A stretch of DNA of 63,950 bases, filler included, from Armatimonadota bacterium (GTDB lineage: Bacteria; Armatimonadota; Fimbriimonadia; Fimbriimonadales; Fimbriimonadaceae): NCBI GenBank assembly GCA_031400935.1. It is 4 parts of 4 records of this genome, joined end to end, with 100 filler letters (N's around TTAATTAATTAA, not from the genome) between each part and the next. Parts side by side here need not be neighbours in the genome. Positions count along the whole stretch, not along the records: positions 31,040 to 46,885 come from JANNQV010000012.1; positions 46,986 to 60,116 come from JANNQV010000013.1; 2 more parts are not named here. One strand, 5' to 3'. The notes beneath the pieces are model-generated. The model was not told the DNA's origin. It worked only from the letters and a program-made list of their open reading frames with translations, and did not search any database. The position numbers and the translations under genes are program-made. Shown piece after piece: positions 41,353 to 51,334 of this stretch (the stretch's first letter is position 1; each line of letters starts with the position of its first letter).

Positions 41353-42632
41353 GCGGACGCTCCCATAACAGTTTCCCTAAAGGCAAAAACAACGTTTTCG
41401 TCAAACTGTGTTGCAGAACAACGTTCCAACTCCGCAAGTGCTTCCGCCACGGTCATTGGGTCGCGATAAGTTCTTTGGTCTTTCCCATCCTCGCCGCCTG
41501 TCATCGCGTCAAACGCATCAACAACTGCAATGATTTTGCTTTCGATTGGAATCTCTAAATCAGAAAGTTGATCTGGATATCCTGTTCCATCGGGACGCTC
41601 ATGGTGATGCCGTATCCATCTCACCATCGGAGAAAACGCTTCCGCAGGTTCGAGAATCAATGCGCCGAAAGCAGAATGTTGCTTTACATGGTCATATTCT
41701 TCGTCCGTTAGTTTGCCCGGCTTGTCGAGAATTGCTTCATTGATTCCAATTTTTCCGATGTCGTGAAGGATCGCAGCTTCCTTCACCAAATTCGCGCGTC
41801 TTGCAGAAAGCCCTAGGCGCAAAGCTACGTCTTCGGCAACCCGTGAAACTCTTCTCAAGTGTCCCAATGTATAAGGATGAACTCTTTGAAGCATCATTGA
41901 AAGCGCTGAAATCGTATCGTAGTACTGATCAACGTATCTAGACTGCATTTTCAAGGAATAGCGTAAGACCGCAATGGGAATGATAGTCATGGCCGACCAT
42001 GCCGCATAGCCAGAAGAAGCCAAGAACGCAACAACTACCGCTGCAAAGGCATAAAGCAGTACCGTCATCGCGTTAGGACGCCAATGAAGCATCAGGCTTT
42101 CTGCAATTGACTTTCGATGAACAATCCGATCAATGGTTGCAACCAACACATAATTCGAAATTCCGTAAGACACTACATAAGACGCGATTTGGACGAGCAA
42201 AAGAAGATCGGTATGGAGACGAAGCGAGCCTGCGCCTTGCCATGCGAATGCTGCCAGTGTCCCCGCTAGGGCTGCAACGCCGACATTTACACCAATCCAG
42301 AGCGATCCAAGGTTCCGTGCAACCGCTCGGGACATTGCCCATGCAGCCAACAGGCTTATCATGCAATCCACGGCAACAGCCATGATGGGTCCACTTACAA
42401 CAACGATTCCAACCAGAAATGGCAAAGTGAACGTTATGCGAAGCCCACGGCGAAAGATTGAGACGGGCCAAAGCTCGGTGAGCATTGCAAGCGCAGCTAG
42501 TACTGCCAAGTCAGTGCCGATACGGGATTCTTGCTTGGTGAATATCGCAAGATAGAGCAGGCCAATGAGCGAAACGCCAAAGCAAACAATGAAAACAGTT
42601 TCAACCGGTTTGCGGCGAAGCCAATTCCGCAT
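41349..42632 (-). CDS. Membrane-bound HD-GYP phosphodiesterase
   Basis: ~7 TMs, ILHDIGK, HHERPDGTGYP, DAFDAMT. Confidence 0.93.
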   Translation of the reverse strand: MRNWLRRKPVETVFIVCFGVSLIGLLYLAIFTKQESRIGTDLAVLAALAMLTELWPVSIFRRGLRITFTLPFLVGIVVVSGPIMAVAVDCMISLLAAWAMSRAVARNLGSLWIGVNVGVAALAGTLAAFAWQGAGSLRLHTDLLLLVQIASYVVSYGISNYVLVATIDRIVHRKSIAESLMLHWRPNAMTVLLYAFAAVVVAFLASSGYAAWSAMTIIPIAVLRYSLKMQSRYVDQYYDTISALSMMLQRVHPYTLGHLRRVSRVAEDVALRLGLSARRANLVKEAAILHDIGKIGINEAILDKPGKLTDEEYDHVKQHSAFGALILEPAEAFSPMVRWIRHHHERPDGTGYPDQLSDLEIPIESKIIAVVDAFDAMTGGEDGKDQRTYRDPMTVAEALAELERCSATQFDENVVFAFRETVMGASA

Positions 42633-42833
42633 TTTGCTACTCAGTTTCTGGCGGCAAGGTTAAGATCGGATAGATCGAGAGCTTCGATTGAATTAAACGC
42701 ATCCTTGTTTCCTCAAATCGCTTGCCTCTAATTTGCAAGCGTCCATGTTGCACTTGGAAATTATAGCCAGTTAATTTGCCGGTATGTGGATATCTTGAGG
42801 AAAAAGTGTGAAAAACTTTTGTTCTTTGTAGGT

Positions 42834-43811
42834 TTAGCGCTTCAAACTAAGCAAATCTAGGCTGGATCGGGAGTTGAACTTTTCCTCTTCGATCGCTTTG
42901 TCAGGCGTCGAAATGGGGAGAACTCGAAAACCTCCGGTTGTCGTGGCGCGTGCTCGCAGGGTGACGCAAGTCTTTACGTCGAGATCAAACTCGATTTTCG
43001 AGGACATTTGCATCGGAATTTCCTTTAGACCTGTGACATTAGATTTCACATTAAAGGTCTGGTGGATAAACGCAGCTAAATCTGAACTGAGCGAGAGGCT
43101 CCCTTCAATCCGATGAACTTTGATCCCGTTCGATTCAATAATTCCTTTGTAAATGTATGTGAAGTCCAGGCGCTGGACTGCAAATTTATCGCCTTTGTCT
43201 TTCAACTTTTGAGGTGAAAAGCCAACAGTCTTCTTCCACGAATCGCCAGGCGAAACTTCTAACAGAGGAAGAGGCGGCGAAAAATCAAGAGAAGAATCAA
43301 GGGCTCCAATGTAGAGCGCGAGACGATGAATCTCACCAATAAATTGGCCTACGAATGCCTGGAGCTGAGGATTCCCCCTTTCAGCAATAAAATTAAGTGC
43401 AGGCGGCTTTTTCTTGGGAGGCTTTTCGGGCTTTTTGGCAAGGTCTTTCAATTCGAGTACTTCATTGACAGGTGAGACCGTAAGTTCGAAATCTAAGTTC
43501 TGCTTTTCGTTTTTCGTTTTTGGAGGACTATCGTAAGTTTCTCCTTGGATTTCGGTCAAAATTGGCCTTAGATAACGCATGACGCAGATGCCGTCCGCCT
43601 TCATTTCCTTGACTTCGTAGTTGAATTTGTAAATCAGATCAAGGTCTTGGGGAATCCAAGTCTCCAAGTCGCCTTGGCGAACCTCCGCATTCATAGATGA
43701 ATGAATTTTATATTGAGCCTTTTCGCCTTTTGTAAAAAGCCGTCGCAATTCAACTGGCGCCACGGGAGTTGTAGAAATCAACAAACTTGCTGCAATACTT
43801 GAAAGAACCAT
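42834..43811 (-). CDS. Secreted hypothetical protein
   Basis: 325 aa, signal peptide, GDSWK motif. Confidence 0.7.
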   Translation of the reverse strand: MVLSSIAASLLISTTPVAPVELRRLFTKGEKAQYKIHSSMNAEVRQGDLETWIPQDLDLIYKFNYEVKEMKADGICVMRYLRPILTEIQGETYDSPPKTKNEKQNLDFELTVSPVNEVLELKDLAKKPEKPPKKKPPALNFIAERGNPQLQAFVGQFIGEIHRLALYIGALDSSLDFSPPLPLLEVSPGDSWKKTVGFSPQKLKDKGDKFAVQRLDFTYIYKGIIESNGIKVHRIEGSLSLSSDLAAFIHQTFNVKSNVTGLKEIPMQMSSKIEFDLDVKTCVTLRARATTTGGFRVLPISTPDKAIEEEKFNSRSSLDLLSLKR

Positions 43812-43863
43812 TGTTGCCTCAGATATTAAAGACGTTGAGAACGAAATTGAGTTTCGACACCGA

Positions 43864-44979
43864 TTACCGAATCACCTGCTTTGCGATTACCATTCTCTGA
43901 ATTTCGCTGCATCCTTCGCCGATTTCTGTGAGTTTAGCGTCTCGCCAAAGCTTCTCGACAAGATAGTCGTAAGTCATTCCTCTACCGCCATGAATCTGAA
44001 TTGCTCGATTGGTTACTCGATTCGAGGTTTCGCTGGCAAAGAGTTTTGCGATTGCGGCGGCTTTTGTTACATCTTGCCCCGCATCGTACATTGCCGCTCC
44101 TTTTTGAACGAGGAGTCTTGCGGCTTCAATTTCCATTTCGCTGTCAGCGATCATGTTTTGCACGCTTTGCATATCGCAAAGGCGACGCTTGAACTGCTCA
44201 CGTTGCTTGCTGTACTCCACCGCTAACTCATGCGCCTTTTCGGCAATTCCTAGAGCCATTGCTGCAATGCCAAGCCGTCCTTGGCCGAGGAAACTGATTG
44301 CTTGCTCGAAGGTGCATGGCGTATGCCAAGCAACAGCGTTTTGAAGCTGAAATTGGCTTGTCCAACTTGCGCTGACCCCAATGGTCGGAATACGATCGCC
44401 AAGTTTGAATCCGGGCTGATCGGTTTCCATTAAGAATGCGCTAAGTTCTGATTCGGAAGTTCGCGCGATCATGATGATCAGGTGCGCTCGGCCCCCGTTC
44501 GTGATGAACATCTTTTCGCCATTCAGATGAAAATAGCCTGGCTTTCCTTCAACCGGCGTTGCTAGTGTTTTGACCCGACGGGCGTCAGATCCAGCGTCTG
44601 GCTCGGTCAGCCCCCATGCGAGTTCGATTTCACCGCTCATTGCTCCCTTGAGATATTTTTGCCTTTGCTCCGGAGTCGTCAAATAGACCAAATGCGCAAG
44701 GCAAAGAGCGTTCAGCGCAGCCAAGTTCATGGCTAGGGCGGGATCGCCTTTGGCAACTAGGCGGCAAAGTTCGCAATAAGCAGCCGTAGAGAATCCATGC
44801 CCTCCCATTTCCTTGGGGACAATCGTGCCGAGCATTTTCCGGTCGGCGCATCGCTTGAAAATGTCGTCAGGGAGGCGGTCTTTCTCCCATTCTCTAGTAA
44901 ATGGTAAGACATCAGTTGCCACAAAATTGCGAACATCTTCGAGAAATTTCTGCTCTTCTGGGCACAGTTGCGTTGTCAT
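43864..44979 (-). CDS. Acyl-CoA dehydrogenase
   Basis: GLTEPDAGSD, KMFITNG, REQF, QIHGG, EIGEG. Confidence 0.95.
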   Translation of the reverse strand: MTTQLCPEEQKFLEDVRNFVATDVLPFTREWEKDRLPDDIFKRCADRKMLGTIVPKEMGGHGFSTAAYCELCRLVAKGDPALAMNLAALNALCLAHLVYLTTPEQRQKYLKGAMSGEIELAWGLTEPDAGSDARRVKTLATPVEGKPGYFHLNGEKMFITNGGRAHLIIMIARTSESELSAFLMETDQPGFKLGDRIPTIGVSASWTSQFQLQNAVAWHTPCTFEQAISFLGQGRLGIAAMALGIAEKAHELAVEYSKQREQFKRRLCDMQSVQNMIADSEMEIEAARLLVQKGAAMYDAGQDVTKAAAIAKLFASETSNRVTNRAIQIHGGRGMTYDYLVEKLWRDAKLTEIGEGCSEIQRMVIAKQVIR

Positions 44980-45074
44980 CGTTAGTCGAACTCCTTCGTT
45001 CGGATTTAGGGTTGGAGTGTACCTATGGTTAGTGTGTCTTGGGCTTCTTGGCGAATGCGCGACTACCTCTATGT

Positions 45075-45767
45075 TCAAATCGCCTCAATCGTATCGCGCG
45101 AGCACCACGTCACCCATAGGGCGTTTGGGAAGGCGAATAGCAGCAACACGGCTCCGTCGAGGAGCGAATACGTCTTGGTGGAAAGCAACATCGCCAACAC
45201 GGCGAAAATCGTACCTAGAACAAATTGGATCCAGGTGTTGATTCTAAGTCGCTGCAAGTAGTTTGTGCTCGTTTCCGCCTTTTTAGCAAGAGAATTCAGA
45301 TAGCAAAAGTAGAACGCGAAAGCAAAAAAGTTTCCAGATCGCAATAGGTTCTCGACAGTCTCTGTGAGGTCAACCGAGCTCCATAGGTTTACCGTTAGGA
45401 AAGGCCACAGAACTGCGACTCCGTCAAACCAAGCGAAGATATCTGGCAAGCAGTGAAGTACAGCCATACCTGTAGCAATGCCAAATCCAAAGTTTGCGAT
45501 TTCTTTTGACTTCTTCGCTAGCGAGAGGAGCCAGAAGACGATTCCGATAAAGAGAGCCAACAACAGCGAATGCGTCGCAGTTCGGTGAAAAGTCGCCTCA
45601 GCCCTATGTGGATCCATCTTAGCCAATGAAACGGCGACAGCCTGAGCGTATCCGTCTAAGTCCGGAAGCATTGATCCGAACACCAATCCAAGAGGGAACC
45701 AAGGTTTGTGAGGGAAAAGCTTCCTCGTCGCTAGAGCTAGGACGGCGTGCAAGCCAGGTTGCGGCAC
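45075..45767 (-). CDS. Membrane metal-dependent hydrolase (YdjM-like)
   Basis: PDLD, HRTATHSL, H..PD motifs. Confidence 0.85.
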   Translation of the reverse strand: MPQPGLHAVLALATRKLFPHKPWFPLGLVFGSMLPDLDGYAQAVAVSLAKMDPHRAEATFHRTATHSLLLALFIGIVFWLLSLAKKSKEIANFGFGIATGMAVLHCLPDIFAWFDGVAVLWPFLTVNLWSSVDLTETVENLLRSGNFFAFAFYFCYLNSLAKKAETSTNYLQRLRINTWIQFVLGTIFAVLAMLLSTKTYSLLDGAVLLLFAFPNALWVTWCSRDTIEAI

Positions 45768-45961
45768 TAGTCTTCACCCGCGTTGAGACCATGCTTCTGG
45801 GCAATAAAGGATTCCGAAGTTCGTTCGGTAGCCATGAGCTTTCGCATCGCCAGTGAAAGAGCTAGGCAGTTTCTCATTTCCTTGGAATTTGACTTCTCGC
45901 ACCTAACAAAGGCGACGAAGTCGTTTGCAAGTGAATTGCCAGGTTTCTCGGCATGGACAAA

Positions 45962-46052
45962 CATTCTTTCCCAATTCTATCCTACGTTGGTAATCTCCGT
46001 AGAATGCCTGTCCATGGCACCCGGCGACGATAGGATAGAACTGGAAAGGAAT
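45962..46052. repeat. 23-bp imperfect inverted repeat
   Basis: cattctttcccaattctatccta vs taggatagaactggaaaggaatg, three mismatches. Confidence 0.7.
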
Positions 46053-46266
46053 GATCTACCATGGTAGGTAATGAATAAGAGATTAGTAAAGGGCACGGTC
46101 AAGCTATCCAAGTTCAACGACGCTTTCGGATTAGGACGATTCGCTTGGCCCTGGCACCCACTTGGAGGAATTTGGAAAGATGTCTTGCCCACCCGCCGCG
46201 AGGAAGAGGTTGGCCAACGGCCCGAGCGAAACTGAAGGAACTCGCCATATTTAGCTAGAATCGGGT

Positions 46267-46885
46267 ATGACCACAACAACAATGAACGTCGGTGATACTG
46301 GACAGATTCGTACTGGAGTGCACATTCGAGTGGCTTATCACTTCCTTCGGCTGATGACGCTCGGAGTATTTTGCTTTCTGCTTGTTGCTGGGTTCGGTCA
46401 AGGAACTTCTCAACCTGCGCCCCTATCAAACGACCCTCTGGCGACCAGATCGCGCGGCTCTATGCATTTGGCTGATGCAACGCCCTTTACAGTTGAGCTT
46501 TCGGCGATCAACTTGACCGCGTCGGAGTGCAGTGCGATCCCTTCGGCCGTTTCGAGTTCAACTGGCTCAACGTACAAAAGGAACTGGAAGCAAGACTCAC
46601 TCGTGCCATTTGTGGACCCCCGACTTTCTCGTTCAACCACTCTGGGTTCGGGCACAAGAGGACTGTTTGAAAATACCGTCCTAGTAGTGCCGCAGGAAAA
46701 AGCAAGCAGCCAAAGCGGAGCAGTTCTGTTTTCAATGGGACACACGGACGAGGTTTGGACAGGTGCCTTCACAGCCTTTACCGATCCCGCAGGACGTGGC
46801 ACGGTTGCCCGTTCCGGAGCATTGAGCACTTGTCCAGCGGTCAGTCTCACGAGAAAATCACTCGCGATGCTTTTGAATGGCTCCG
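46267..46885 (+). CDS. Hypothetical protein, 3' truncated
   Basis: Open to contig end; TAGAAT 5 nt before ATG; hydrophobic segment. Confidence 0.5.
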
Positions 46886-46985
46886 NNNNNNNNNNNNNNN
46901 NNNNNNNNNNNNNNNNNNNNNNNNNNNNNTTAATTAATTAANNNNNNNNNNNNNNNNNNNNNNNNNNNNNNNNNNNNNNNNNNNN
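46886..46985. other. Artificial contig linker
   Basis: N44-TTAATTAATTAA-N44. Confidence 0.98.
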
Positions 46986-47192
46986 CGCATTGTGAGGGCA
47001 TCTCTGCTTCCAAAACACCACGAACGCCGGCTTTTCTTTGGCAAGTTTTGCCAAGGAATACGTCTTCCCATCGGGAGCCATGCCCTCGATGGCGGGTGCC
47101 ATATTTCCAGCCGGGAGATAGTTTTCTCCTTGCACTGCGCCGAACGCTATTCCAGCGACTGCAAGGAAAGTCAACAAATGAATTCTTCTCAT
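46986..47192 (-). CDS. Secreted redoxin (AhpC/TSA-like), 3' truncated
   Basis: G..AP.....DGKTYSL, VVFWKQRCPH. Confidence 0.75.
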
Positions 47193-47273
47193 AGCAACTC
47201 CATTGTAGTATGAAACTTGTTAAAAAGTCGTCGTTTAGCGAATAATTTAGATAATCGTAATTGCGGCAGATGA

Positions 47274-48101
47274 TCAATCGGTAATCAGACTCTTCAGCAA
47301 ATCTTCAACCGTTGGCCGTTTCCAAATCACAGCTTTCACATCTCCATAGCCTTCCGTCAATAATTTCGCAGCAAGGCTTTGCCCTTCAGCGACCTGCGCT
47401 TTGATCCCGCCATGGACCTTTTCAACCTTGATGCTCAATGGCTGAACCAATGCTCGCACACCTTGTTGATGCATCGTTTCAATGGTTATCTCTGATTGTG
47501 GAAACTTTCGTTCCAAAGCCTGAATCGAACCTGCAAACACAATTCTTTGCGATTTCAAAACTATAAGTGTATCTACCCTGCCCGCCAATGAAACCGAGTT
47601 GCTTACCATTACTATTGAAGCTCCTTCTCGAAGCCGCTTTCCCATCAGCGCAAGTATAGTCGTTTGCGTCCACGGGTCTAAGAGCTCGAATTGTCCGTCA
47701 AACGCGAGAATTCGGCTCGGAGAAGCAAGAGCAACCATAATTTCGCAGGCAGCTATTTGTGCGTTCGAAAGACTCGAAATCGAAGACTTTCTTACATCCC
47801 AAAGTCGAGTGGCGCTGAGTGCTTCGGCAACTCTTGTCGCGCCCCTTGGCCCCGCTTCTCTCTTTGCGATGGAAAGTGGAGAAACGCGCCTGCTGAGCAC
47901 CCGAATTTCTGCAAGTGCAGCGGCTTCGGCTAATTTCACCTTTCCGCGAGTCGGTCGTTCCAGACCGGCGATTATTCGCAGAAGTTTCGATTTCCCAGAA
48001 GAAGAAGGTCCAAAAATGCCTAGAGTTCTTCCTGCCTCTAAGTTCAGTGTTAAAGTAGGTCCGGTTGCCTCCAAGCTGACCGAATCAATCTTGATATTCA
48101 T
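47274..48101 (-). CDS. Degenerate ABC ATP-binding protein
   Basis: Walker A GPSSSGKS; altered signature LSNAQ and Walker B AFDGQF. Confidence 0.75.
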   Translation of the reverse strand: MNIKIDSVSLEATGPTLTLNLEAGRTLGIFGPSSSGKSKLLRIIAGLERPTRGKVKLAEAAALAEIRVLSRRVSPLSIAKREAGPRGATRVAEALSATRLWDVRKSSISSLSNAQIAACEIMVALASPSRILAFDGQFELLDPWTQTTILALMGKRLREGASIVMVSNSVSLAGRVDTLIVLKSQRIVFAGSIQALERKFPQSEITIETMHQQGVRALVQPLSIKVEKVHGGIKAQVAEGQSLAAKLLTEGYGDVKAVIWKRPTVEDLLKSLITD

Positions 48102-48110
48102 TGGCAGAAG

Positions 48111-49196
48111 CTAGCTTAGAACCAAAAGGTTCTTTGGGAAATTTGTGAGGACTTCTGCGCCAGTTTCCGTTACTACGACATCGTCCTCGATGCGTACTCC
48201 GCCAAAACCCTCAATGTAAACGCCAGGCTCAACCGTCATTACCATTCCTGGAGCCAAAACGGTATCGCTTCGCTGGCTCAAGCCTCCAAAATCATGGACT
48301 AGGCGACCCAAGCCGTGTCCAAGCCCATGTCCCATGTATTGAGCCATGTCTACCTCGGCAAGAACGTCCCTGGCAAGCTGGTCAATTTCCTTTCCGGTCT
48401 TGCCAGGCCGTATTGCGTCAATCGCAGCCTGATTCGCCTTTAGAACTTGGTTGTAGATTCGCTCATGTCGTTCGGTAACCTCACCAATTACAAAAGTTCG
48501 TGTAATATCGCTGTTGTAGCCTTCCACTTGACATCCGAAATCAAGAGTTATGAAATCGCCGATTTCAAGTTTCTTTTGACTTGCTCTTCCGTGCGGCCTT
48601 GAACTACGTTCTCCGCTAACAACGATTGGCTCAAATGCTAAATCAGCGCCCTGCCTACGGAAAAAGAACTCAATATCGAGCCCAATATCCCACTCTGCAA
48701 CACCTGGCTGAATCATGCGAATCACATGCTCCATGCAAGCGTCAGCCATTTTACACGCCGCTCGTATTTTTTCGACTTCGTGAGGCAATTTGACACATCG
48801 CAATGGACCAATAAGGTTGGTTACAGGCGAAAGTTCAACTCCCTCGAACTTCTTTTTCCAATCGTCAAAGATCGAAACCGTAACAAATCCAGCTTCAAAA
48901 GATAGTGTTTCAATGCCAAGTCGGCGAATCTGATCAGCCAAAAAATCGGCCAGGGTTGTTCCAAAAGTTTGTGTTACAACCGCTAGGTCCTCGACCTGCT
49001 CATGAGCTTGAATGGTATATCGGCTATCTGTTATAAATAAGCCTTCGCTAGCCGTCAGAATGATTTGAGCATTGCTTCCCGTGAATCCTGTAGCCCATGC
49101 GATCGAATCCATATTCGTTAGAAGCATGGCTCCGATGTTTTCGTGTTCCATGGCTACGCGAATTCTGGCGATTTGGCTGAGTTGCATTGTTTTCAT
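48111..49196 (-). CDS. Xaa-Pro peptidase (M24)
   Basis: DFG, GYNSDITRT, HGLGHGLG, VEPGVY, GGVRIEDD. Confidence 0.95.
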   Translation of the reverse strand: MKTMQLSQIARIRVAMEHENIGAMLLTNMDSIAWATGFTGSNAQIILTASEGLFITDSRYTIQAHEQVEDLAVVTQTFGTTLADFLADQIRRLGIETLSFEAGFVTVSIFDDWKKKFEGVELSPVTNLIGPLRCVKLPHEVEKIRAACKMADACMEHVIRMIQPGVAEWDIGLDIEFFFRRQGADLAFEPIVVSGERSSRPHGRASQKKLEIGDFITLDFGCQVEGYNSDITRTFVIGEVTERHERIYNQVLKANQAAIDAIRPGKTGKEIDQLARDVLAEVDMAQYMGHGLGHGLGRLVHDFGGLSQRSDTVLAPGMVMTVEPGVYIEGFGGVRIEDDVVVTETGAEVLTNFPKNLLVLS

Positions 49197-49197
49197 T

Positions 49198-49656
49198 CTA
49201 AACCGTCTCCTCCTCCATATTTTGCATGGCTCGTAGAGAAAGTAGATATCCAAAACCGCCAAATCCACATATTTGCCCAACTGCGATTGGCGCAATGACG
49301 GACTTGTGCCGGAATTCTTCGCGTGCTTGAGGGTTGCTTAGGTGCACTTCGATTACTGGCAACCGAACACTAGCCAATGCGTCCCTCAGCGCAATCGAAT
49401 AATGAGTTAGCCCGCCTGGATTGATAATGATTCCGGTAGCCCATCTTCGATGTTCCTGAATCGCGTCAATTAGCGCGCCCTCCGAATTTGACTGAAGAAT
49501 TCGAACCTGAATTCCGAGTTTCTCTGCCTCATTCGAAATTTCGTGGTCAATATCTTCTAGTGGCTTTTTGCCGTAAACGTCAGGCTCTCGAAAGCCAATG
49601 AGATTCATGTTCGGGCCATGAAGAATCAACACATTTATTTCTTTTTTTGTCGCCAT
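49198..49656 (-). CDS. aroQ: Type II 3-dehydroquinate dehydratase
   Basis: HGPNMNLIG.REP..YG, INPGGLTHYS, EVHLSN. Confidence 0.97.
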   Translation of the reverse strand: MATKKEINVLILHGPNMNLIGFREPDVYGKKPLEDIDHEISNEAEKLGIQVRILQSNSEGALIDAIQEHRRWATGIIINPGGLTHYSIALRDALASVRLPVIEVHLSNPQAREEFRHKSVIAPIAVGQICGFGGFGYLLSLRAMQNMEEETV

Positions 49657-49838
49657 TAGCCTTCCTTCGTTTCACTTAGAGAAATTGCACTTTCGGGGAG
49701 CAAATTTGGGATGCCGTCTTCTACGGGATAAAAGCAGTTGCATTTGTCGCAAATTAATCGTTCGGTATCCAAACGAAGTGCTGGGCGGCTATCACAATTT
49801 GGGCAAGCCAGAATTTCCAATAATGCTGCATCAATCAT
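49656..49838 (-). CDS. Trm112-family protein
   Basis: LLEILACP.C, C..C...YPVEDGIP.LL. Confidence 0.9.
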   Translation of the reverse strand: MIDAALLEILACPNCDSRPALRLDTERLICDKCNCFYPVEDGIPNLLPESAISLSETKEG

Positions 49839-50917
49839 TTCATCACCTCTTGATAGACTTGCCAAGTTTCTTGAGCCATACGTTTCCAACTAAACTCTGC
49901 CGCTCTGCGTAACCCTTGCTCCCTCATTCCTTCGAGTTTACTTGAATCGGGAAGCAACTTCAGGATTCGTTCAGCCCAAGTAGATGGTTCAAAGTCCGGC
50001 ATTACTTCGGCGGCATTGCCCGCTACTTCAGGATGTGCGCCGCCTGAACTGCATACAACCGGACATCCGCAGGCAAATGCCTCTAGCAAAGTTATCCCAA
50101 ATCCTTCATGAAAACTGGGAGCGAGATAGAGCTCCGCCGCTGAATAAAGTGCGCTTAGTTGCCGTTCTGAAACATATCCCGTCGCCATGATGTGCGGATT
50201 CAAGGTTTCATTCCCCCTGCCAGCCTTTCCGCTGATTACCAATTTCGGAGTACCAGGTCCAAGAAGGGCTGTTGTATCAATCGCCAATTGCATGTTCTTT
50301 CGAGGCCAACGTGTACCTACCGCAAGCATAAACGGTGGCTCAATCATCAATTCGGACTTGAGAATTTCGGCTGCATCTAATCGGGACAGAATTGAGATTT
50401 CAGAGCCGCATGCAGGATAGGTGACAGCGATTTTTCCAAGCGATCTGGGAAGAAATCGTTCGATTTCCCTAGCAGAAGTGTTTGAAACAGTAATGATCTT
50501 CTTCGCGATTCGTGATGTCAGTAGGCAAGAGCGTTGCAACAAGATTCTGTCTCGCGGCTGAAACCACGAAGGCTCGACAAAAAAAGAAACATCGTGAATA
50601 GTGCTGATTCCACGTGCTCCGGCAAGTGGACTGAGCGCGTACTGTGTGTGAATGACATGAGCACCCGCCTTCCGTGCTGCAAGAGGAAATTGAACCAGAC
50701 TCCACCATCTACTGCTCGCTCCTGGCAAGTGAATCCATCGAAATTGATCACATTCGGGAACGATTTCAGGGCGCGTTTCGTTCGAGAATAATAGGAACGC
50801 CGCATCGGCATTTATTGCTCGAAGCCCGTCAACCAAGCCTCGCCAATAGGTTGCATCGCCGGTTGATTGAGTAGCGATCAATCGAGCATCAAGTGCGAGT
50901 TTTGGTTTGGAATACAT
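49835..50917 (-). CDS. Glycosyltransferase family 4
   Basis: TIHDV, PRKN, EGFGITLLEAFACGCPVV. Confidence 0.92.
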   Translation of the reverse strand: MYSKPKLALDARLIATQSTGDATYWRGLVDGLRAINADAAFLLFSNETRPEIVPECDQFRWIHLPGASSRWWSLVQFPLAARKAGAHVIHTQYALSPLAGARGISTIHDVSFFVEPSWFQPRDRILLQRSCLLTSRIAKKIITVSNTSAREIERFLPRSLGKIAVTYPACGSEISILSRLDAAEILKSELMIEPPFMLAVGTRWPRKNMQLAIDTTALLGPGTPKLVISGKAGRGNETLNPHIMATGYVSERQLSALYSAAELYLAPSFHEGFGITLLEAFACGCPVVCSSGGAHPEVAGNAAEVMPDFEPSTWAERILKLLPDSSKLEGMREQGLRRAAEFSWKRMAQETWQVYQEVMK

Positions 50918-50986
50918 AAAAGTGGTACAAATCCTGCAATTCTAAAGACAATATTCGAATACAATTCGATCCAGGAACGAAATAAC

Positions 50987-51334
50987 ATGAAAAAACAACA
51001 GACCCCAGTCGTGCTCATTGCACTCTTGGTCGTTTTTGGCGGAGCAATGATTGCCATGCGCCAACGCCCTGCAGCCGCAGCTCCAACCGATCCTTCGACG
51101 GGTAAGGGAGTTACGGGCGAAACTCGTGAAGGCGTAACATCCAAAGACCTCGCGAAGACAATGAAGCAACAAGCTGCGCCAAAATCTGCTGCAATGCTTG
51201 CTCCAGACGAAGTGGAAGCTCGGTCGGAGCCTGCAATTCTACTTCCTGACACCGAGGAATACATTCCGACGCCAAACTCGACTTCTACCACTGCGCAATG
51301 GTTTAAGGGCAGTCAGAAAAAGGACTCGAATTAG
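50987..51334 (+). CDS. Membrane-anchored hypothetical protein
   Basis: N-terminal TM, low-complexity tail. Confidence 0.6.
   Translation: MKKQQTPVVLIALLVVFGGAMIAMRQRPAAAAPTDPSTGKGVTGETREGVTSKDLAKTMKQQAAPKSAAMLAPDEVEARSEPAILLPDTEEYIPTPNSTSTTAQWFKGSQKKDSN

Noticed and set aside
42638..42703. 21-aa sORF MRLIQSKLSIYPILTLPPETE (minus) just upstream of the HD-GYP sensor, as a signalling peptide
   Set aside because: No hydrophobic or conserved signature visible; cannot be supported without homologs.
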